Origin: an uncultured Clostridia bacterium
GTDB lineage: Bacteria > Bacillota > Clostridia > TANB77 > CAG-465
DNA length: 64,000 bases
NCBI GenBank assembly: GCA_934169925.1
Contig: CAKPOO010000001.1
Span: forward strand, 90,383 to 154,382
Direction of reading: 5' to 3'
The translations under genes were made by a program, and so were the position numbers. Under the pieces are notes generated by a model. That model had not been told where the DNA came from. It saw only the letters and a list, made by a program, of their open reading frames with translations, and searched no databases. Shown one piece after another: positions 17,472 to 26,018 of the stretch. Every line of letters starts with the position of its first letter. The first letter of the stretch is position 1.

Positions 17472-19286
17472 ATGTGTGGTATAGTTGGATTTTGGGATAA
17501 TACTGAAAAAAAAGAAGATATAATAAAACAAATGACAGATAAAATTTTGCATAGAGGACCAGATGGAGTAGGATATTATATAGATGAAAATCTAGCCTTA
17601 GGACATAGAAGACTTGCAGTTATTGATATAAAAGCTGGAAAGCAACCTATGATAAGTGAAGATGGAAACTATGTTATTGTATATAATGGTGAGATATATA
17701 ATTTTAAACTTCTTAAAAATGAATTAAAAAAATTAGGGTATAACTTTTTTACAAATTCAGATACTGAGGTTATTTTAAATGGATATATTGAATGGAAAGA
17801 AAATTTACCTAGTAAATTAAGAGGAATGTTTGCTTTTGCAATTTATAATAAAAAAGAAAAAGAATTGTTTTGTGCAAGAGATAATTTTGGAATAAAGCCT
17901 TTTTATTATTATTTTGATAATGATGTGTTTATGTTTTCATCAGAGATTAAAGCATTTCTTTTACATCCAAAATTTGAGAAGATTTTAAATGAAGAGCTTT
18001 TACCACTTTACTTTTTATTTGGTTATACACCAAGTAATAAAACTTTATTTAAAAATGTTTTTAAATTAAATCCAGGATGTATATTAAAGTATAAAGATGG
18101 AAAAATTGAAATTTCTAAGTATTATGAAGTTTCTTTTAAAAGTAATAAAGAGACTTCATATGAAGAAAGTGTAGAGAAACTTTCAAATGTGGTAAAAGAT
18201 GCTGTTAAATGTAATTTAATTAGTGATGTAGAGGTAGGAGCTTTTTTATCAAGTGGTGTTGATTCATCATATATTGTATCACTTGCAAAACCCCAAAAAA
18301 CATATACTGCTTATTCAAAAGTTGAAGGATATGATGAGTACAAAGATACAAAAGAACTTGCAAATATTTTAAATTTTGAAAATATAGGTGTTAATATAGA
18401 TAAAGATGAATATATAGAAAATATTGATAAAATAATGTATTTTGCTGATGAACCAATTGCAGATCCTGCAGCTTTAGCACTGTATTTTTTATCAAAAGAA
18501 GCATCAAAGAATTTAAAAGTGGTACTTTCTGGAGATGGTGCAGACGAATTTTTTGCAGGGTATAAAGAGTATAAAAATAGGTATTACAAAAAAACAAAAA
18601 AGTATGACATTTTACCATATAAATTTAGAAATAATATGGCATGTTTATTTAATCATAAAATTTTTGGAAAGTATCAAAGATACTTTGTAAAACATGGCAA
18701 TCTAACAGATATTAACTTTTTAAGAAATCAGAGATTTTATGAGTTTGAAATTAATAGGTTATTAAAAGAAAATAAAAATTTTGATGTAACATATGTTATT
18801 GATACTAAAAATTTAAATAAAACAAAGTCAGTTATTTCAAAAATGCAAATAAATGATATAAATATATGGCTTGCAAACGATATTTTACAAAAAACAGATA
18901 AAATGTCTATGGCAAATTCATTAGAAGTAAGAGTACCGTTTATTGATAAATATGTTTTTGATTTTGCATCTTCATTAAAAGATGAGTATAAAATAAATGA
19001 AAAAACAACTAAAGTAATACTAAGAGATGCAGCAAAAAAATCTATACCAAATGATTCATATAACAGAGTAAAAAAAGGATTTTATATTCCAATAAAAGAA
19101 TGGATTTTAGATAAAAAATGGTATAGTATAATTAAGAATACATTTGAAAATAATAGTGGGGACTTTTTAAATAAAAAATATATTTTTAAATTATTAAACG
19201 AACATAAAAATAACAAAAAAGATAATTCTAAAAAAATATGGATTATATTTTGTTTTTTAAGATGGTATGAAGTATATTTTAAATAG
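17472..19286 (+). CDS. asnB: asparagine synthase (glutamine-hydrolysing)
   Basis: N-terminal MCGI nucleophile and a PP-loop SGGVDSS-like motif (LSSGVDSS). About 600 aa. Confidence 0.9.
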   Translation: MCGIVGFWDNTEKKEDIIKQMTDKILHRGPDGVGYYIDENLALGHRRLAVIDIKAGKQPMISEDGNYVIVYNGEIYNFKLLKNELKKLGYNFFTNSDTEVILNGYIEWKENLPSKLRGMFAFAIYNKKEKELFCARDNFGIKPFYYYFDNDVFMFSSEIKAFLLHPKFEKILNEELLPLYFLFGYTPSNKTLFKNVFKLNPGCILKYKDGKIEISKYYEVSFKSNKETSYEESVEKLSNVVKDAVKCNLISDVEVGAFLSSGVDSSYIVSLAKPQKTYTAYSKVEGYDEYKDTKELANILNFENIGVNIDKDEYIENIDKIMYFADEPIADPAALALYFLSKEASKNLKVVLSGDGADEFFAGYKEYKNRYYKKTKKYDILPYKFRNNMACLFNHKIFGKYQRYFVKHGNLTDINFLRNQRFYEFEINRLLKENKNFDVTYVIDTKNLNKTKSVISKMQINDINIWLANDILQKTDKMSMANSLEVRVPFIDKYVFDFASSLKDEYKINEKTTKVILRDAAKKSIPNDSYNRVKKGFYIPIKEWILDKKWYSIIKNTFENNSGDFLNKKYIFKLLNEHKNNKKDNSKKIWIIFCFLRWYEVYFK

Positions 19287-19301
19287 ATTAGGAGTAATAA
19301 A

Positions 19302-20039
19302 ATGTTAGAAGAAAAGTTTCAAGAATTTGAAAAATATGCAAATAAATTTGATATGAATGAGGAGGCTATAAAAAGAAAATTTGATCATTCTTATAGAGTT
19401 GCAAAGTATGCAAATGAAATTGCAAAAAGTATGAATTTAAATGAAAGTGATGTTTATCTTGCAACTTTAATTGGACTTTTGCATGATATAGGACGCTTTA
19501 ATCAATGGAAAATATATAAAACTTATGTTGATGGAGATTCTTATGATCATGCTTTACTTGGTGTCGAAGTTTTAAAAGAAAATAATTTTATTAAAAAATT
19601 TGAAAAAGACACGGTAAATCAAGAAATAATTTTAAAGGCTATATATTATCATAATAAACTTGCAATAGATGAAAATTTAGATGAAAGAACAAAATTACAT
19701 GCAAAAATTATACGTGATGCAGATAAGTTAGACATAATGATGACACAAGGAACAGAAGTTATAAAAAGTGATTATTTAGTAGGAGAAGAATTAATAAAAA
19801 GTATAAAAGAACATAGACAATGTAGAAATCAATATGTACAAACTAAAATAGATCATGTAGCAAGAATGTTGTGTTTTATATTTGATTTAAACTTTAAGTA
19901 TTCTTTAAAATTTGTAAAAGAACAAAATTTTATTGAAAATAAGCTTAAGATAATGAAAGATTATCTACCAGATGGAGTAGATGAAAAATCTCTAAAAGAA
20001 GAATTTTATAATTACATTAATAAAAAACTTAAAGAGTAA
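19302..20039 (+). CDS. HD-domain phosphohydrolase
   Basis: H...HD motif (GLLHDIGR) and a later RDADKLD. Confidence 0.75.
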   Translation: MLEEKFQEFEKYANKFDMNEEAIKRKFDHSYRVAKYANEIAKSMNLNESDVYLATLIGLLHDIGRFNQWKIYKTYVDGDSYDHALLGVEVLKENNFIKKFEKDTVNQEIILKAIYYHNKLAIDENLDERTKLHAKIIRDADKLDIMMTQGTEVIKSDYLVGEELIKSIKEHRQCRNQYVQTKIDHVARMLCFIFDLNFKYSLKFVKEQNFIENKLKIMKDYLPDGVDEKSLKEEFYNYINKKLKE

Positions 20040-20061
20040 ACATTTTATGTTTACTTTTTTC
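20036..20061 (+). terminator. terminator after the HD-domain gene
   Basis: GTAAACAT-TTT-ATGTTTAC followed by TTTTTT. Confidence 0.65.
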
Positions 20062-20105
20062 TTTTGTTTATGGTATAATACTAACATATTAAATAGGAGT
20101 TTTTT

Positions 20106-22403
20106 ATGAAAAATAAAGTAGAATTATTATGTCCTGCGGGAAATATTCAAAGTTTTAAAGCTGCTTGTCAAAATGGAGCAGATGCCATATATATGGGAGT
20201 TGATAGGTTTAATGCAAGAGCAATGGCTAAAAATTTTACTATAAATGAATATGTTGATTGTATTAAATATGCACATATAAGGAATATAAAAGTATATTTA
20301 ACTTTAAATACACTTTTATATGATGAAGAGATAAAGGATGCTTTAGAAGTTGTAAAATCGTTATATGAATGTGGTCTTGATGCTGTAATATTACAAGATT
20401 TAGGACTTGCAACTTTAGTCCATAAAATGTTGCCAGATTTACATTTACATGCAAGTACACAAATGAGTGTGTATTCTTTAGAACAAGTTAAGTATTTAGA
20501 AAAATTAGGATTTAGTAGAGTCGTTCTTGCACGTGAACTTACAGTATCAGAAATTGAGTATATTTGTAAAAATTGTAATGTTGAAATAGAAGTATTTGTA
20601 CATGGTGCTTTATGTGTTTGTGTGTCAGGTCAATGTTATTTAAGTAAATCAATTGGAAATAGAAGTGCAAATAGAGGAAGTTGTGCACAGCCATGTAGAA
20701 TGAAATATTCATTATATAAAAATGGTAAAATAATAGAAAAAGAAAGATATTTATTAAGCAAAAAAGATATTTTTGGAATGGATTATATAGATAAACTTAT
20801 TTTAGCAGGAGTTCATTCTTTAAAATTAGAGGGAAGAAATAAATCTCCTGAATATGTTGCTTGCGTTACTAGTAGTTATAGGAAAAAAATTGATCAAAAA
20901 ATAAATGAACAAGAACAAAATAACATCCAAAATAATTTGTTACAAATGTTTAATAGGGACGGAAAATCTTCTGGTTATTTAGGAGGTGTTAGATATAAAG
21001 ATTCAATAACATTAAATAGTCCAAAAAATACAGGAAAAGTACTTGGTAAAGTTTTAGATAAGAAAAATAAGTTTATAAAAGTAAAATTAATGGAAGATAT
21101 TGATTTACATGATGGATTTGAAATATATTCAGATGGAAATGTTGTATCAAGCATTGTTACTTGTATTAGAGATGATAAATACAAAATTACAAATACTATT
21201 TCGAAAAAAGGTGAATATGTTTGGATTGGTGATATAAACAAAAATGTAAAGATAAATTCTTTAGTTATAAAAACATCAAGTAATAAATTAAATGAAGAAT
21301 ATAGAAAAACTTATGAAAATGATGTGCAAAATATAAAAGAAAATATATATATTGATATTTCTTTTAGAAAAGGCAAGAACGTAAAAATAAAATATTTTTC
21401 AAAAAATAATGAGGTTTTAAAAGATGAGATTTTTTTAGAATATATACCTGATATTGCAAAAAATAAAGCGTTAACAAAGGAAGATGTAGATAATTCATTT
21501 AAAAAGACAATAGATATTCCTTTTAATTTTATACTAGATAATGCAGATATTGAAAATGGTTTGTTTGTTCCAGTATCTATGTTAAATGAAATAAGAAGAA
21601 ATATTTATGCAAGTATTTTATCTAAATTTGAATGTAAGAAAAATATTGATATTAATTATGATAAAGTACTAAAATTTGATGGTATTACTAAAAAAAGAAA
21701 AATAGATTTTAATAATTCATTATTTGTATATAAATATGACAAGGAAAAAACATACAATCTAGAATATGATTTTGATGTGCTTATTATTCAAATTCAAGAT
21801 TATATTAGGTATAGCGAAGATATTATAAACAAATATATAAATAATAATATTAAAATAGCTATAAGTATTCCAAATGTAGTTTTTGATAATGTAAATGAAT
21901 TTATTAATGAAAATATTGAAAAAGTAATAATTGATAATAAAATTTCAGGTGTAATTTTAGGTAGTTTTAGATATTTTGAAAAACTAAAAAAATTAAAAGA
22001 AAAATATAATTTTTATTTAATAGCAGATTATAGTTTTAATGTTACTAACAAGTATTCTGCAATGTTTCTTAAAAATATTGGATTTGATACTATAACACTT
22101 TGTGATGATTCAAGATTAGAAGATTTTGAAAAATATGATAAATTCATAAATGTTGTAATTATTCAAGGATATAAAACAATTATGACATCAAGATATTGTA
22201 TAATAGGAAGCTTTGTTGAAAATAGAAAAGTAGGTAGTGCTTGTAAAAGAAGTTGCATGAAAGAAAGTTTTTATATCGAAGACTTTAAAAATACAAGATA
22301 TGATATAGTATGTGATAGCATAGATTGTGTAATGAGAATAGTTAAAAATGATGACAAAACTAATGATAATAACTTTGGAATAAAAAGAAATTGCATATTA
22401 TAA
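20106..22403 (+). CDS. U32-family peptidase / RlhA-like protein
   Basis: N-terminal U32 domain (ELLCPAGN, GADAIY, ARELT, EVFVHGALC). Long C-terminal extension. Confidence 0.8.
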   Translation: MKNKVELLCPAGNIQSFKAACQNGADAIYMGVDRFNARAMAKNFTINEYVDCIKYAHIRNIKVYLTLNTLLYDEEIKDALEVVKSLYECGLDAVILQDLGLATLVHKMLPDLHLHASTQMSVYSLEQVKYLEKLGFSRVVLARELTVSEIEYICKNCNVEIEVFVHGALCVCVSGQCYLSKSIGNRSANRGSCAQPCRMKYSLYKNGKIIEKERYLLSKKDIFGMDYIDKLILAGVHSLKLEGRNKSPEYVACVTSSYRKKIDQKINEQEQNNIQNNLLQMFNRDGKSSGYLGGVRYKDSITLNSPKNTGKVLGKVLDKKNKFIKVKLMEDIDLHDGFEIYSDGNVVSSIVTCIRDDKYKITNTISKKGEYVWIGDINKNVKINSLVIKTSSNKLNEEYRKTYENDVQNIKENIYIDISFRKGKNVKIKYFSKNNEVLKDEIFLEYIPDIAKNKALTKEDVDNSFKKTIDIPFNFILDNADIENGLFVPVSMLNEIRRNIYASILSKFECKKNIDINYDKVLKFDGITKKRKIDFNNSLFVYKYDKEKTYNLEYDFDVLIIQIQDYIRYSEDIINKYINNNIKIAISIPNVVFDNVNEFINENIEKVIIDNKISGVILGSFRYFEKLKKLKEKYNFYLIADYSFNVTNKYSAMFLKNIGFDTITLCDDSRLEDFEKYDKFINVVIIQGYKTIMTSRYCIIGSFVENRKVGSACKRSCMKESFYIEDFKNTRYDIVCDSIDCVMRIVKNDDKTNDNNFGIKRNCIL

Positions 22404-22437
22404 AAATAAAAAATAAGTAATTAATTAATATAAAGTA

Positions 22438-22466
22438 TTGACAATCTTTTTTTTATATGGTAAGAT
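22438..22466 (+). promoter_or_regulatory. promoter of tRNA-Leu
   Basis: TTGACA, 17-nt spacer, TAAGAT, about 12 nt before the tRNA 5' end. Confidence 0.6.
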
Positions 22467-22478
22467 TAATATGCAGTT

Positions 22479-22563
22479 GCGGGTATGGCGGAATTGGCAG
22501 ACGCGCCGGACTTAGAATCCGGTGTCTAGCGACGTGAAGGTTCAAGTCCTTTTACCCGCACCA
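22479..22563 (+). tRNA. tRNA-Leu (anticodon UAG), class II with long variable arm, CCA encoded
   Basis: Acceptor GCGGGTA/TACCCGC. Anticodon stem CCGGA/TCCGG with loop CTTAGAA. T-arm GAAGG-TTCAAGT-CCTTT. 3' ACCA. Confidence 0.93.
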
Positions 22564-22601
22564 AAAAAGATCAATCAGAATTATTTCTGGTTGATTTTTT
22601 T
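22561..22601 (+). repeat. direct repeat copy 1: tRNA CCA end plus rho-independent terminator hairpin
   Basis: CCAAAAAAG then ATCAATCAGAA-TTAT-TTCTGGTTGAT-TTTTTT. The 32-nt core 22570-22601 is identical to 23335-23366. Confidence 0.9.
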
Positions 22602-22737
22602 GTCTAAGGACAATATTAAAATATTGAATGTTGTGAAGATTTATGGTAAAATATTTACATAATTTAATTATCTTGCAATTATGCAAGTTTTAAATATAGT
22701 AACTTTTAACAATGATTATTGTAAAGGAGGAAGAACA

Positions 22738-22953
22738 ATGTATGTAAGTTTACCGTATAAGATTGGTACAATTTTGAAAACAGTAGAATCTGACAAAGTA
22801 CAATATGATAAAGTACATCATTATATTGTAGGAGAAAAAATTCAAGTTGTATTAGAATTGTGCTATGATACAAAACCAAGATTATCTGTTCCTATTGACA
22901 TTAAAAGATTGAAGAGAAAGTGGACTATTTGTGACAGCAAAAGTGAAATTTAA
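22738..22953 (+). CDS. hypothetical small protein (71 aa)
   Basis: AAAGGAGG RBS 6 nt before ATG 22738. First gene of the cassette flanked by the duplicated terminator. Confidence 0.6.
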   Translation: MYVSLPYKIGTILKTVESDKVQYDKVHHYIVGEKIQVVLELCYDTKPRLSVPIDIKRLKRKWTICDSKSEI

Positions 22954-22973
22954 GATTTATTAAGGAGGAAAAT

Positions 22974-23315
22974 ATGGAAATAGTAACTATCAAACGGTCA
23001 GAAAAAGACCAAAAGCAGCAAATAATTGAACTGTTAAAAGAGAATAATAGTCGTATTATAGTTATGATGAGTAAAGCGTGGTTCTCTGATTTTAAAATCC
23101 GTGCAGATGTGAGGCGAGATATGTATGAATATACTATTGATCAGCCCGATGAAATTATATATGAGATTTATGAAAATGAAAGAACACTTGTATGCAAATT
23201 CTATGGAAGAATGAAATTTCAACTTATTGGAGGACTATATTTTTTAGAAACTTGTGATTTTTTAAAGTATGAATCAAGTGGTGATGAAGCAAGTAAGATT
23301 ATTTTTCTTGAGTAG
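22974..23315 (+). CDS. hypothetical protein (113 aa)
   Basis: AAGGAGG RBS. Contains codons rare in the neighbours (CGG, CGT, GCG, CCC). Followed by the second copy of the terminator. Confidence 0.65.
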   Translation: MEIVTIKRSEKDQKQQIIELLKENNSRIIVMMSKAWFSDFKIRADVRRDMYEYTIDQPDEIIYEIYENERTLVCKFYGRMKFQLIGGLYFLETCDFLKYESSGDEASKIIFLE

Positions 23316-23328
23316 TTATTAAAATATT

Positions 23329-23366
23329 CCAAAAATCAATCAGAATTATTTCTGGTTGATTTTTTT
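23329..23366 (+). repeat. direct repeat copy 2: CCA-A5 plus the same terminator hairpin
   Basis: CCAAAAATCAATCAGAATTATTTCTGGTTGATTTTTT lies immediately after the 22974-23315 ORF. Confidence 0.9.
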
Positions 23367-23755
23367 AGTAATAAGGTAGAGATTTAGAAATTTTGTAGAA
23401 TATTTTTCTTAAAATTATATAGAGAAGAACTATTAGAACGATATATAAATTATGAAGCAGCAATGTATGTAATTGTAAATTATTGCAGAAATTTAGTTGT
23501 GCAATATGATAAATTATTAGATAATAAAATCTTATCAATGCAAAGAATGAAGAAAATATATACTTGCATTGTTAAACGAGATAATAAAATGCATGAAAAA
23601 AATGCTAGTTATTACTCTGAAAAAATGAAGATAACAAGATAAAATATTAAAAAGTTTTATATTAACTTATCGTTATATCTATTTTTATTGAAAATTTTGT
23701 AAAGTTTAGTGTAAAATGTAAGTGTTAGATTTTTAAATAAAAATGGAGGCATAGA

Positions 23756-24034
23756 ATGGGAATAGAAAACAGAAAAAGAAATATTGAAAAAAGTGATTTA
23801 GAATCATTTTCTGAGATGAGATGGGATGATAAAAAAGATAATAGTACTAAAAAAATTACTATGGAAGATTTGGATGATATAAAAGATTTATTAATAAATG
23901 AACCTTATTTTTCAGAATTAGAAGTAGCAAAAGCTACAAAGGATGTTAAATTTGAAGAAAAACAAGAAGCTCAAAAATATGATGAAAAAATGATTGATGA
24001 GTGGTTAGATAAATTAGATGATTTAATTAAATAG
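23756..24034 (+). CDS. hypothetical acidic small protein
   Basis: ATGGAGG RBS. Separated from the next ORF by an 11-nt gap. Confidence 0.55.
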   Translation: MGIENRKRNIEKSDLESFSEMRWDDKKDNSTKKITMEDLDDIKDLLINEPYFSELEVAKATKDVKFEEKQEAQKYDEKMIDEWLDKLDDLIK

Positions 24035-24045
24035 AGGTAAAATTA

Positions 24046-24495
24046 ATGGAAGAAACATATGAAAAAGCATATACAGAAGTTGTAGAATTATTAAAGTATT
24101 TTAAAAAGGAATCTGTAGAAAAAATACCAAAAGAAAAATTAGATTTATATATGAGTAAAAAAGATAAATCATATAACTATAAAGTTGATACAAGTAAGTC
24201 TTTTGAAGAACAAAAAATGTCAGATAAAACTAAAGCAATATTTGCTAATATATATAGGGATTATTGGGCAAATGATTACCAAAGAGAAAAGATAAAACAA
24301 AAGGAAGAAAAAGAGAAAAAATATTTAGAAAATTTAGAAAGTTCAATGAAGATAGATTGTAATTTTGATGATATTTTTAATAATAAGGTAAAAGAAAGTA
24401 ATAAAGATGATAAAAATAGTATTGTTGTTTTAGATAATAAAAAAGGTTTCTTTGGAAGATTATTTGAAAATATAAGAAAAATTTTTAGTAAATAA
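24046..24495 (+). CDS. hypothetical protein
   Basis: The N-terminal half (YEKAYTEVVELLKYF..IPKEKLDLY...YRDYWAN) resembles a small-protein family I recall from Firmicutes. This is recollection only. Confidence 0.55.
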   Translation: MEETYEKAYTEVVELLKYFKKESVEKIPKEKLDLYMSKKDKSYNYKVDTSKSFEEQKMSDKTKAIFANIYRDYWANDYQREKIKQKEEKEKKYLENLESSMKIDCNFDDIFNNKVKESNKDDKNSIVVLDNKKGFFGRLFENIRKIFSK

Positions 24496-24608
24496 GTATT
24501 ATATTATGTAAATTAAGCTTTTTAATTGACATATTAATAAAAAATTGGTATAATCTACATGTTACTATATTTTGATTTTTTATATAATTATAACGTAGGA
24601 GGTCTGTG

Positions 24609-25253
24609 ATGAATGAATTTTTAAATGAAAAAATTGTCATCATGGACATTGATGGCACATTTTTTAGAGATTACAAAAAAGTATACAAACGGATAATAGG
24701 TGAAATATTTGGTAAAAATAAAGCAGTTATTTTTATTAACAATTTTTTGTATAAAATTAATGATTTAGATATATTTTCAAATACTATGTTTTTATTTAAA
24801 TGTGTAATATTATTTTATTCTATAATTTCATTTTCAAGTTATAGAAAAAACATAATTAAATTTGAGAAAAAATATGTAAATTATGCAAAAAAGAGTATTG
24901 AGTTAGAATATGACAGAATAATTAAACCAATAGAGCAAAAAGGATACAAAGTTCTTTTTATTTCACAAGATATTTTTACAGAAAAATTAAAAAAATATGT
25001 AAAAAATCCAATTATTATTCCAAAAAGTAAACTTGTTTTTGTTATCAATAATTTTTTGTACATGGATGTGATATTTTCTGTAGGTAATAACTATTTTGAT
25101 GATATTTTACCGGCAAAAATTTTAAATTTTAATAGTAAAAAAGTAAAAGTAGTTCCTGTATATATAGGAAATAGTAGGCTTGCAATTAAAATATCTGGTA
25201 AAAATACTTTAAAATTTACTGATATAAGAGATTTTATCACTAAACATTTTTAA
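24609..25253 (+). CDS. HAD-superfamily-like hydrolase
   Basis: DxDGT motif I (MDIDGTFF) near the N-terminus and a late GNNYFDD motif. TTGACA-17-TATAAT promoter and AGGAGG RBS. Confidence 0.5.
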   Translation: MNEFLNEKIVIMDIDGTFFRDYKKVYKRIIGEIFGKNKAVIFINNFLYKINDLDIFSNTMFLFKCVILFYSIISFSSYRKNIIKFEKKYVNYAKKSIELEYDRIIKPIEQKGYKVLFISQDIFTEKLKKYVKNPIIIPKSKLVFVINNFLYMDVIFSVGNNYFDDILPAKILNFNSKKVKVVPVYIGNSRLAIKISGKNTLKFTDIRDFITKHF

Positions 25254-25290
25254 GAAGCACTTTTTAGTGCTTCTTTTATTTTTATAAAAA

Positions 25291-25305
25291 ACAAACTTTT
25301 GTTTG
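25291..25305 (+). promoter_or_regulatory. candidate LexA operator (Cheo-box variant)
   Basis: The palindrome CAAAC-TTTT-GTTTG (AAC-N4-GTT core) overlaps the -35 of the lexA promoter. Confidence 0.5.
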
Positions 25306-25331
25306 ACAATGATTTTTATATATGGTATAAT
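25303..25331 (+). promoter_or_regulatory. lexA promoter
   Basis: TTGACA (25303-25308), 17-nt spacer, TATAAT (25326-25331). Confidence 0.7.
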
Positions 25332-25362
25332 CGAAAATAAGTTATTTAGGAGGAGAAAATAT

Positions 25363-25965
25363 ATGGAGTCTTTAAATGCAAAAGAACAAAAAGTTTTTGA
25401 TTATATAAAAGAAAAGGTAAAAGATACAGGTTATCCGCCTTCTGTAAGAGAAATATGTGCTGCTGTTGGATTTAAATCAACTTCATCTGCACATCAATAT
25501 ATTGCTAAACTTGCAGAAAAAGGATATATTTCAAAAGATGATTTAAAAACAAGAGCAATAAAAATAGTTGGTGCGGAATCTACAATTGCAATTCCCGTAG
25601 TTGGAAAAGTTGCTGCTGGTGAACCAATACTTGCAGAAGAAAATGTAGAAGATTATTTTTCTATTGGTGAGAGCTTTTTTAGTAAAGATGCTTTAAGAAA
25701 TGATAATTTTATTTTAAAAGTTCAAGGTCAAAGTATGATAAATGTAGGAATAAATAATGGTGACTATATAATTGTATCTAAGCAATCAACAGCAAGAAAT
25801 GGTCAAATTGTTGTAGCTATGATAGAAAATGAAGCTACAGTAAAAACTTTTTATAAAGAAGATGGACATATAAGACTTCAACCAGAAAATGATACTATGG
25901 ATCCAATTATTGTAAAAGATGTTACTATACTTGGAAAAGTTGTAGGATTATTTAGAAAATTTTAA
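25363..25965 (+). CDS. lexA: SOS repressor LexA
   Basis: Winged-helix N-domain (GYPPSVREICAAVGFKSTSS). Cleavage site VAAGEP. S24 peptidase Ser/Lys domain (GQSM...VKTF). ATG 25363 follows AGGAGG. Confidence 0.95.
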   Translation: MESLNAKEQKVFDYIKEKVKDTGYPPSVREICAAVGFKSTSSAHQYIAKLAEKGYISKDDLKTRAIKIVGAESTIAIPVVGKVAAGEPILAEENVEDYFSIGESFFSKDALRNDNFILKVQGQSMINVGINNGDYIIVSKQSTARNGQIVVAMIENEATVKTFYKEDGHIRLQPENDTMDPIIVKDVTILGKVVGLFRKF

Positions 25966-25977
25966 TTAACATAAAAA

Positions 25978-26018
25978 ACACTCTCGACATAGAATATATA
26001 TTAGTCGGGGGTGTTTTT
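25978..26018 (+). terminator. hairpin plus T-run between lexA and spoVFB; the 3' arm contains the only SD-like sequence of spoVFB
   Basis: ACACTCTCGAC (25978-25988) pairs with GTCGGGGGTGT (26004-26014), giving 11 bp with 2 G-U pairs. TTTT follows, then ATG at 26019. Confidence 0.55.

Noticed and set aside
22561-23366. Calling the repeat-flanked cassette a mobile element or genomic island.
   Set aside because: No integrase, transposase or recombinase was found anywhere in the window. Only the repeat footprint and atypical codons are seen, so it is reported as a repeat and a finding, not as a mobile_element feature.
23463-23642. 59-codon ORF (MYVIVNYCRNL…KMKITR) in the gap after the tRNA cassette.
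   Set aside because: Not called as a gene. It has no convincing RBS and its frame is open upstream without a start codon, so it is more likely a fragment. It is mentioned in the findings only as a possible relic.
25303-25362. Track start of lexA at 25303.
   Set aside because: It would overlap the gene's own promoter (TTGACA-17-TATAAT). ATG 25363 follows AGGAGG and matches the usual LexA N-terminus.
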